IMG/VR virus record: IMGVR_UViG_2744054517_000003
Location: 32,001-96,000 of that record
DNA length: 64,000 nt
Direction: 5' to 3' (one strand)
Source of the DNA: a virus
Taxonomy: Duplodnaviria > Caudoviricetes
Shown here: positions 57,480-64,000 of the stretch, piece by piece
Position numbering within the stretch: position 1 is the first letter of the stretch
Layout: each line of letters opens with the position of its first letter
Program-made: the position numbers and the translations under genes
The notes under the pieces: generated by a model
Databases searched by the model: none
What the model was told of the DNA's origin: nothing
Seen by the model: the letters and a program-made list of their open reading frames with translations, nothing else

Positions 57480-58228
57480 GACCCATCACCATAATCAACT
57501 GTGATGTGTATAGGTTGCTTCTTCTCTTCGCCACTGATCTTCTCAACTTCACCCTTGAGTTTCTTGATGCGTAGTTGCTGTTCTTCATCTGCATAACCAA
57601 GACGGCACATTTCCTCATATCGCTTAATGAGTCCTTGTAGCGTGGTCATAGCACGACTCTGAGCATTCATAAAAGCAGCGTGTTTGTCCCAGGCATGCTG
57701 ATATTCCCACTTCTCAGATCCACCAAAAGCATTGTCTGCAGATTCGGTCAGCACCTTGGTTACATCCTCACTGTCTTTAACAAACATTATTTGCTGCGCC
57801 CGTAGTATAGCAGCGTACTGAATCATTATTTGATCCCAAATCATGTCCAGCGGTGAACGGTCTTCTATGGCATCCATAATCTCTGCTGTATCGTCGGGCA
57901 GGAACTTGCGGAAGAATCCATGTGTGACCGCCTTGTCATTGCCGTACGGGCCTCCAGTACCACCGCTATTGCCTAACGCATTCTTGTTGCCTTTAGGGGC
58001 ACCGTGCCCCGCTGCATTCCGGTTGCCCTTAGGTGGGCCGCGCCTCTTTTGGGATGCATCTTTATCGCCATTAGACGCATCTTTAACAGATAAGGATGCA
58101 TCCTTGCTCCAGCTTTGACGCTGCTTCCGACTCTTGATGGTCGGGTATTTGATATTATGTTTATCAGCTAGGTCTGTTAAGGAGATATCCGTTGTTTCGT
58201 ACTCTTCTCTGATTGCTGACCAATCCAT
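57476..58228 (-). CDS. terS: Small terminase
   Basis: N-terminal HTH, GAPKGNKNA repeats, THG. Confidence 0.9.
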   Translation of the reverse strand: MDWSAIREEYETTDISLTDLADKHNIKYPTIKSRKQRQSWSKDASLSVKDASNGDKDASQKRRGPPKGNRNAAGHGAPKGNKNALGNSGGTGGPYGNDKAVTHGFFRKFLPDDTAEIMDAIEDRSPLDMIWDQIMIQYAAILRAQQIMFVKDSEDVTKVLTESADNAFGGSEKWEYQHAWDKHAAFMNAQSRAMTTLQGLIKRYEEMCRLGYADEEQQLRIKKLKGEVEKISGEEKKQPIHITVDYGDGS

Positions 58229-58274
58229 GACTACATTTCACCACCCCCGGCTGGTTATTTGAGTTGGTTTTGCG

Positions 58275-58493
58275 CTATTGTTGAGAATCAGGAGGTTTGC
58301 CAATGAGCCTGATTGAACTTGATTTACAGCTAGGACAGAGCATGTTATAGCCAACTATCGCTTTTCTATTCCCTATCACTCCAGCGACTTGTACTTCTGT
58401 GAAAATTGGTTCTCGATAAGGCATTACAAACAGGTTGCTGCAATCATCACATTTCATCACAGGTGTTCCCTCCCTTATCTGGTCATTCTCCAT
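58275..58493 (-). CDS. Small Zn-ribbon protein
   Basis: CDDC...CPSC. Confidence 0.55.
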   Translation of the reverse strand: MENDQIREGTPVMKCDDCSNLFVMPYREPIFTEVQVAGVIGNRKAIVGYNMLCPSCKSSSIRLIGKPPDSQQ

Positions 58494-58801
58494 AGCCTAA
58501 AACGATCTATAAGGCGTTCATACCATCTTGATTCCCACCCATATGGTTCGATGTATCCAACTACTGATACAAATACAATATTTTCGTGGTTTAACGAACA
58601 TATCTCTTTCAGATGCGGTGTATGAATCGTAAACACCTTGTCCCTGCCAGGCTTCTTGTACCAGGACAGAAACACTTCTACATTTTCTAATTCATCCGCA
58701 GGATAGTAATATTCGAATATCTCACGGTTCACTAAATGAACAGATACTGTTATCTCTTTCACTTTCTCGATTGACAGGTCGTTCATATTTCCCTCCCCCA
58801 C
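58475..58801 (-). CDS. Hypothetical protein
   Basis: ORF in the late-leader gene run. Confidence 0.55.
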   Translation of the reverse strand: MGEGNMNDLSIEKVKEITVSVHLVNREIFEYYYPADELENVEVFLSWYKKPGRDKVFTIHTPHLKEICSLNHENIVFVSVVGYIEPYGWESRWYERLIDRFRLWRMTR

Positions 58802-58868
58802 TACAAATAGCCCCGTGTATCCTGCTTAGCTGTCACCTCTCAGCTATTTTCAGATGTATATTACGGGC

Positions 58869-59069
58869 CTATTCTGCCCCATTAAACATTCGGTCATATG
58901 CCTGCTCGTACTTGGTCACGACATATTCTAGGCTTTCTATAGCCTTCTTCCTGCGCCGTTCATTCTTCCATTGCCACACAATAAGCCCGATGCCTATGAT
59001 AGCTATGACTATCAATAGTATCTGAATAATCGTTTCTGGCAGCACTACAATGACATAGTTATGACCCAA
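58869..59069 (-). CDS. Single-TM protein
   Basis: Hydrophobic N-terminal helix; GGAGG RBS. Confidence 0.55.
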   Translation of the reverse strand: MGHNYVIVVLPETIIQILLIVIAIIGIGLIVWQWKNERRRKKAIESLEYVVTKYEQAYDRMFNGAE

Positions 59070-59250
59070 GTTTATTCCTCCCTAGATCAGCTACATTTAC
59101 CTTTACATCAAACAACGGCTCATTCCCTATATAAAGCGTCCCAATCCGCACTTCCCCCGACCGCTTATTATCACCGTTCAAACCCTTATACTCCGCTATC
59201 TCCTGTGGTGTACCTTCTACGGTTCCGTCTGTATAGAGCTTCACGTTCAA
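59059..59250 (-). CDS. Hypothetical phage protein
   Basis: VEGTPQEIAEY motif; coupled ORF. Confidence 0.55.
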   Translation of the reverse strand: MNVKLYTDGTVEGTPQEIAEYKGLNGDNKRSGEVRIGTLYIGNEPLFDVKVNVADLGRNKLGS

Positions 59251-59495
59251 ACCTCCTCATAAGTATCATGGAAGATATCCGGTTTACATGGGTAATATTC
59301 ACCCTTCACACCCCTAATGACATAATCTCCGTCAGATATCAACATCCGACCTTCCAACGTTTCTATATGTGGCTCATCCCTAAATGATTTAATAGGATTA
59401 CAGCCTAATTGTTTAATCACTTGATTCGGTGTTGTTTGACCGTAAATCACTTGAATTGCATCAACTTCCATTGGTTTTTTACGATACTTTGCCAT
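59247..59495 (-). CDS. Conserved phage protein (KYRKKP...IETLEG...YPCKPDIF family)
   Basis: Recognisable motif. Confidence 0.8.
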   Translation of the reverse strand: MAKYRKKPMEVDAIQVIYGQTTPNQVIKQLGCNPIKSFRDEPHIETLEGRMLISDGDYVIRGVKGEYYPCKPDIFHDTYEEV

Positions 59496-59546
59496 TCATA
59501 TCACCCTTTCAGCAAATAAAAAAGCCGCCTATTGGCGACTGCGTTA

Positions 59547-60032
59547 TTAGTATCCATTTTCAGGCGGCTTCGGCTTCAGCCATTCACCTTCTTCATTGAT
59601 GAACGCATCTTTGTAGCGGCCTGATTCTAATTGCCTTATTATATCTTCTTCTTTAGCCACCAATATTTTAGCAAGCTGAGCAACAGTATAGTATTCACTA
59701 CTTTTGTAGTCTAACTGTATCGGAACGGCCATGTCGTACAGCACGTTCACAAATTCAGCAAACGTCAACTTGCCCATGTTACTTATCCCTGAATAATAAG
59801 AGGGCTTATAGTTAGCAAATTCTTGAAATGATTTTCCTTGAAACTCTTTTGCCAGGGCGTTACTAAGACGTACGCTCATGAGGTTATCGAAACGTGTCTT
59901 GAAGTTCATTTCTTCCAATTTAGCGTATTTTGCTTTGAATGCGATTATTTTTATAAGAGGCAAGTCTTTGCGATTACCCTCTTTCAAACGCATTCTAAAT
60001 TGTTCACGATCCATTATCATCGGCTGTACCAT
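59547..60032 (-). CDS. Hypothetical protein with C-terminal HTH-like segment
   Basis: YYTVAQLAKIL. Confidence 0.6.
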   Translation of the reverse strand: MVQPMIMDREQFRMRLKEGNRKDLPLIKIIAFKAKYAKLEEMNFKTRFDNLMSVRLSNALAKEFQGKSFQEFANYKPSYYSGISNMGKLTFAEFVNVLYDMAVPIQLDYKSSEYYTVAQLAKILVAKEEDIIRQLESGRYKDAFINEEGEWLKPKPPENGY

Positions 60033-60094
60033 CCTCTAAGGTGTGTTTAACCGAATTTTACAGCACGTTTCTTATAATCGTAAACAGCTATTAA

Positions 60095-60135
60095 GACACA
60101 CAGCGGAATCGAACCGCTATAATCCTGTATGTGTC
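60095..60135 (-). ncRNA. tRNA minihelix-like element (acceptor stem plus T-arm)
   Basis: GACACAT-N10-AGCGG-TTCGATT-CCGCT-GTGTGTC. Confidence 0.55.
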
Positions 60136-60165
60136 ATATCCCCGGACTAAGCCGGGAAAAAGGTG

Positions 60166-60438
60166 TTACTTCAGTTGGTCGGCTAGCTGCTTGATTACAG
60201 CCGGTGTACTGATACGTTGTCCATCTTTACGGTTACCCTTGATGTATGCTGCATCCTCATTGCTGTAGTAGACTACACCGTTGCCCTCTACGACAGGATA
60301 GCCGCTTTCGTCTGCTTGCAGCTCAGTAGCGGCATATTTACCGTGCTGTTTGGCATGCTCTTCATCGTGTAGATGCAGAATGCCATATTGATCGAGATAT
60401 GCGTAATTCTGTGCCACCGTTTGTTTCCTCCTGTACAT
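60166..60438 (-). CDS. Hypothetical phage protein
   Basis: ORF, likely start GTG after GGAGG. Confidence 0.6.
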   Translation of the reverse strand: MYRRKQTVAQNYAYLDQYGILHLHDEEHAKQHGKYAATELQADESGYPVVEGNGVVYYSNEDAAYIKGNRKDGQRISTPAVIKQLADQLK

Positions 60439-60689
60439 AGCAAAAAGGACACCGTTTACCGATGCCCTTATGCTTGCTTATTTGATATTGCCCGTAGTTC
60501 TACCGCGCCCGGGCGGAGCGCCTGGAAAGGACTCTAACCTATTCCCTCCCCGCTTCCACACCACCGCAACTCAGTGCTCTATCACCCTGTGTTCAAAGCG
60601 GTGCCTTTAAGCGTGGACGAGTCCTGCCGTGGTAAGGGGCAGCAGGGACACCCGGGCGTTAACCCTATGTCCCTACTTTAAAATGGTTT

Positions 60690-60732
60690 CTCCCCCAAAT
60701 TGCCCCCACGTTACCCCCAACTTACCCCCAAA
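60690..60732 (-). promoter_or_regulatory. Late-activator binding repeats
   Basis: 4x TGGGGG-core repeats at ~11-bp period over the 3' end of the ArpU/RinA-like gene. Confidence 0.6.
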
Positions 60733-61106
60733 ATTCCGCATAGCTTCAAGGTTTCTGCTATACTTTTGACTCCTTCGTCTATTCGGCGGTCAATGGTATT
60801 AACGCTCATGCCATGGTTCTGGAATTGGATCACAGTGAATTTATATTTACGCCCCTTAATGAAGCGGTGCTCAATGATCTTTTTGACCTCATCGTCCAGG
60901 ATTAAATTGATTGCCATGTCTAATTCAGTGATCAACTTGCTCCACTCCTGATACACTTGCCTTTCTTTCACCGTTAGAGACTCTTTACGGCTTAATGATT
61001 CGACGGTAAGGCGCATCTTAGGGTAATTGCCTAGCAACTCGCGAACGGCCTTCTTATCGGCTTCTGTGATGCTCGGATATAATTCCATTTGTTCTATCGC
61101 CCCCAT
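60711..61106 (-). CDS. Late transcriptional activator, ArpU/RinA-like
   Basis: IIEHRFI...MS..TIDRRIDEG...IAETL; upstream of the terminase region. Confidence 0.75.
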   Translation of the reverse strand: MGAIEQMELYPSITEADKKAVRELLGNYPKMRLTVESLSRKESLTVKERQVYQEWSKLITELDMAINLILDDEVKKIIEHRFIKGRKYKFTVIQFQNHGMSVNTIDRRIDEGVKSIAETLKLCGILGVSWG

Positions 61107-61120
61107 CTTATCGCTCCTTT

Positions 61121-61333
61121 TTATATCAATTCAAACAAATCAACTTGGCCTGGATCTACATACTCCGTAGAATCTTGTATAAGACCATCCTCTAGCCATT
61201 TACGAGGTGCTTCGTGCAGGTAATGCGGCCAGATAGCCTGACCTTCGACAGATCGTGTAGCGTTGTTACGCTCTGCTTTGGCTGTCCATACCCAATGTGT
61301 AGCGGCGGTCACTTTGTCGTTGTTACCCGACAT
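61121..61333 (-). CDS. Hypothetical phage protein
   Basis: GAAGGAAGG RBS. Confidence 0.6.
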   Translation of the reverse strand: MSGNNDKVTAATHWVWTAKAERNNATRSVEGQAIWPHYLHEAPRKWLEDGLIQDSTEYVDPGQVDLFELI

Positions 61334-61456
61334 GTTGATTCCTTCCTTCGCTTAATTTATTCGGCTCAATCGACGTGATGATCATATACCTATCTATACT
61401 GACTACACCTACATATAACAGTAATGCGCATAATATAGAGGTATAGGCTCTTATCA

Positions 61457-61642
61457 TCAGCGCTTCCCTTTTACCTTTTGGAGTTTGGTTAGGCTGTCGC
61501 TATCAACATAAATAGGTATCCCCGCCTTACTGTGATCAAAAAGCACACCGATATTCCTAGGGATTATATATTTGACTGTCCCTTTTCCCATACAACGATG
61601 ATTTACACGATCCCCTACCTGTATGTTTGGTTTATCTGTCAT
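61457..61642 (-). CDS. Small SH3-like phage protein
   Basis: VGDRVNH..MG.G.V. Confidence 0.55.
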   Translation of the reverse strand: MTDKPNIQVGDRVNHRCMGKGTVKYIIPRNIGVLFDHSKAGIPIYVDSDSLTKLQKVKGKR

Positions 61643-61890
61643 TGTTGTTCCTCCCCAGCAGCCAACCTCGACATTTCTTCCTTGAACCGATTTTTAATAT
61701 ACTGGTCATGCCGAATTGTCCTGACATTTGGATGCCGACCCGGAATGTACTCCCGACCAACATGATCAATAGAAGGCGGTGGCGAACTCCACCATGAATC
61801 TGTCCATTTACCCGTGCCATCCGTAAACCGAGACATATACCCTCCGTATTTCGGATCATCTTTCCACATTTCAAATTTCAGACGTGCCAT
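61639..61890 (-). CDS. Hypothetical phage protein
   Basis: GGGAGG RBS. Confidence 0.6.
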   Translation of the reverse strand: MARLKFEMWKDDPKYGGYMSRFTDGTGKWTDSWWSSPPPSIDHVGREYIPGRHPNVRTIRHDQYIKNRFKEEMSRLAAGEEQQ

Positions 61891-61938
61891 ATATATCCTC
61901 CCTTAGTGGGTGTAGGACACCCTGTATTGGTTTAATCC

Positions 61939-62274
61939 TCAACTAAATTTGCAAGTTACTTCGTCCTCATATTCTCCCAAATAAATCTGTTCGTCCTCGC
62001 ACCATCCGTCAACGTCATGATCAAAGCAATAACAATATATCTCCCCGTCCTGCACAAATGGCGCTGTGTAAGTGTAGTAGCAAGGACCACCACCCCAATA
62101 GGTCATTACCAATTCTTCGCCCAGCATAGGGCAACTGATCTCACCCCATTCCTTCCCGTTCGACCATTTAAGGAACTTTATTTTGCTCATATCTCTATCA
62201 TCCTTCCAACGCTCCGTCAGAGTGCAGGAGCGTATTGTATTGGTGGTTACTCCCCTAACTCGTTTGTAAGCCAC
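61939..62274 (-). CDS. Hypothetical phage protein
   Basis: Likely start MSKIK. Confidence 0.5.
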   Translation of the reverse strand: MAYKRVRGVTTNTIRSCTLTERWKDDRDMSKIKFLKWSNGKEWGEISCPMLGEELVMTYWGGGPCYYTYTAPFVQDGEIYCYCFDHDVDGWCEDEQIYLGEYEDEVTCKFS

Positions 62275-62612
62275 TCTATTTTGCGTTCCCTCTCTGCAAG
62301 CTGCTCACGGAGATGATCTACATCAGCAGCATACCGCCTGTTATATTCGTGTAATTCAACGATAGCATCGTCCTTCTCTCCAAGCTGCTGCTGGAGTGAA
62401 TCTACCAGGGCAAGCAGGTCTGATACCTCTCTAACTGGTAACAGGATATTTTTCTTCGCTTCGTTTTTAGCCTGCTGCACATCTTTACGGATTAAATCTA
62501 CTGTCTGTTCACTCACCTTTACCGCCTCCATCGAATTTTTTGTAAAACAGTACTGACAGCATCGTATATTTATCCGTATCAAACGTGCAGTATCTGTAAT
62601 GCACGTATCCAT
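62247..62612 (-). CDS. Coiled-coil phage protein
   Basis: Likely start GTG near 62517. Confidence 0.5.
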   Translation of the reverse strand: MDTCITDTARLIRINIRCCQYCFTKNSMEAVKVSEQTVDLIRKDVQQAKNEAKKNILLPVREVSDLLALVDSLQQQLGEKDDAIVELHEYNRRYAADVDHLREQLAERERKIEWLTNELGE

Positions 62613-62754
62613 CTATGTCTTCGTATAGGGCAAATACTGTATCTCCGTCCTCGTCAACGTAAAAACGCTCTATGCGGCGTTTGAGGTGTATTATCCCACT
62701 GAGTTGTTCGCTCCTTATATAGGGGTATAGGGTAAGAGGCCAGAAGGCCCCTGT

Positions 62755-63123
62755 TTATGCGTTCGGTTGATCCAGCGTGTCAATGATTACCTCAGGTCCA
62801 TCGAAAATCCAATACTTGTATTCTCCAAACATTTCATCAAGTACAGCCTGTATGCGAGCTGTGCTGTCTTCGTTAATCCGTAATCTTGCATCATCGTCCC
62901 AGTCTTCGTACATTTCGCCATACTCGCACTCGATATACTGACGCAACATGCTGTCCGCATTAGGCTTCCACGTTCTGGGCGTGCATACTTGCCAAGATTC
63001 CAAAGCATAGTCCCCATCCTCTTGTATCAGTTCACGCAACTGCTCAGGAGTATAAGTACAATCAGAAGCCTCATAGCTCAACATTGTGTCACTTGGCAGT
63101 TCAGACAATTTCACGTTTTCCAT
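62755..63123 (-). CDS. Acidic hypothetical phage protein
   Basis: AAGGAG RBS. Confidence 0.65.
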   Translation of the reverse strand: MENVKLSELPSDTMLSYEASDCTYTPEQLRELIQEDGDYALESWQVCTPRTWKPNADSMLRQYIECEYGEMYEDWDDDARLRINEDSTARIQAVLDEMFGEYKYWIFDGPEVIIDTLDQPNA

Positions 63124-63390
63124 TTCTAAATCGCTCCTTTTAATTTGATTGGGTAGGGTAAGAGGCTGTTATGCCTCTCTGACCCATCCATTATCAATCC
63201 AAAGTTGTGGGCAGTATGTTGGGTCTTGTCTGTCTATTGGCTGCCCCTCACAACGGCCGGTGTGTCCAGTCTCTCTCTTAGATCTCTCTACACCAGCAGC
63301 CGTATAGACCCAATATGTTTTAGCTTTCACATTTTTAAAGTTCATGATCGGTATATCTCTCCTTTATAGGTAGTAGGGGGTGTATCCCCC

Positions 63391-64000
63391 TTAAAATAGT
63401 GCCAGTTGCACCGAACGTCTTGGCTCGGGTGGTATCCATTGCTTGCCGTATTCCTGCATCCACTCCGCTACAGTCTTGCGCCGATTCCATTCGCTCCTGG
63501 GAATCCAGCTTGTATTGTCTCCCTGGACAGCAACGTTGTACGGGGCAAACCATTTGGGTAGCATCATACCTAGCAAATGCACACGGGCACGGACAGGGCC
63601 GTACAGTAAGCCATCAAGGTAACGAATTCGTTCTTCCTCAGACATTCGCACGGTCCCACCGATGAATACCAGTTGTTCCGTTTGCAGTAACCTCGTATCT
63701 CCCCCGGGTTGCAAAATGGGTACCGGATTGTATCCGCGCCGCCTCATATCCTGCAGGTACCAGGCTGTTGCTTCGGGATTTCCAATCTCGTCATACTGCA
63801 TGTACATGTGCTTTGACTTCGCGTGACGGTCGATATAGGCCCGATAGCCTTGATAAGATATGCAATCCTCAGTAAACGTCCCAGGGTCCCATATCACCGC
63901 TCGATTCCGCATGTATGGCTCAAGCCAACTGGGGTACTTTCGCAGTAGGGTCGCACTCAGGAGCCAGTACGGTACGCTGCTGGCCTGCTCTGCCAGGTGC
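63391..64000 (-). CDS. TGT/DpdA-like TIM-barrel protein (5' end beyond the window)
   Basis: WDPGTF, YDEIG, PVPIL, IGG, VHLLG, DNTSW motifs; frame open to the window edge. Confidence 0.55.
   Translation of the reverse strand, partial: HLAEQASSVPYWLLSATLLRKYPSWLEPYMRNRAVIWDPGTFTEDCISYQGYRAYIDRHAKSKHMYMQYDEIGNPEATAWYLQDMRRRGYNPVPILQPGGDTRLLQTEQLVFIGGTVRMSEEERIRYLDGLLYGPVRARVHLLGMMLPKWFAPYNVAVQGDNTSWIPRSEWNRRKTVAEWMQEYGKQWIPPEPRRSVQLALF

Larger units (their letters stand above)
22944..64000 (-). mobile_element. Prophage with PBSX/Xkd-like contractile tail (continues beyond the window)
   Basis: TerS-TerL-portal-MuF-scaffold-capsid-neck-sheath-tube-TMP-baseplate-fibre-holin-lysin order. Confidence 0.95.

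Noticed and set aside
37662-58118. Many plus-strand ORFs in the ORF track across the structural region
   Set aside because: They are antisense shadows of well-supported minus-strand virion genes, without RBS or motifs

Overview
The window consists almost entirely of mobile DNA stacked at the 3' end of a minus-strand tRNA-Thr(CGT) gene, probably in a Paenibacillus (polymyxa-group) chromosome (host inferred from gene families). It has three blocks. (i) 1-6420 is a decayed phage or accessory segment with an ArpU-like regulator, a frameshifted integrase and an apparently stand-alone RNA holding tRNA halves in permuted order. (ii) 6421-22990 is a ~16.5-kb element bounded by identical 47-bp tRNA-Thr 3'-end repeats. 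It carries an integrase, a repressor switch, rep-like genes with iterons, a scaffold, its own major capsid protein, a frameshifting tail-assembly chaperone pair, its own tape-measure protein and a TerS-like HTH. It has no portal, large terminase, tail tube/sheath, baseplate or endolysin, so it is a candidate new type of phage satellite that supplies both head and tail size determinants. (iii) 22944 to beyond 64000 is a PBSX/Xkd-type contractile-tailed prophage with the late region from terminase to lysis. Its ~11-kb accessory end carries a kinase-less agr-like peptide-signalling cassette (membrane sensor, AgrB, AgrD, stand-alone LytTR), an RRNPP receptor with its peptide, HicAB, YolD, a NucA/B nuclease, a bacteriocin-like pair and an SOS-box operon with an A11 frameshift fusion. 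All family calls come from motif recognition by eye. No database searches were run.
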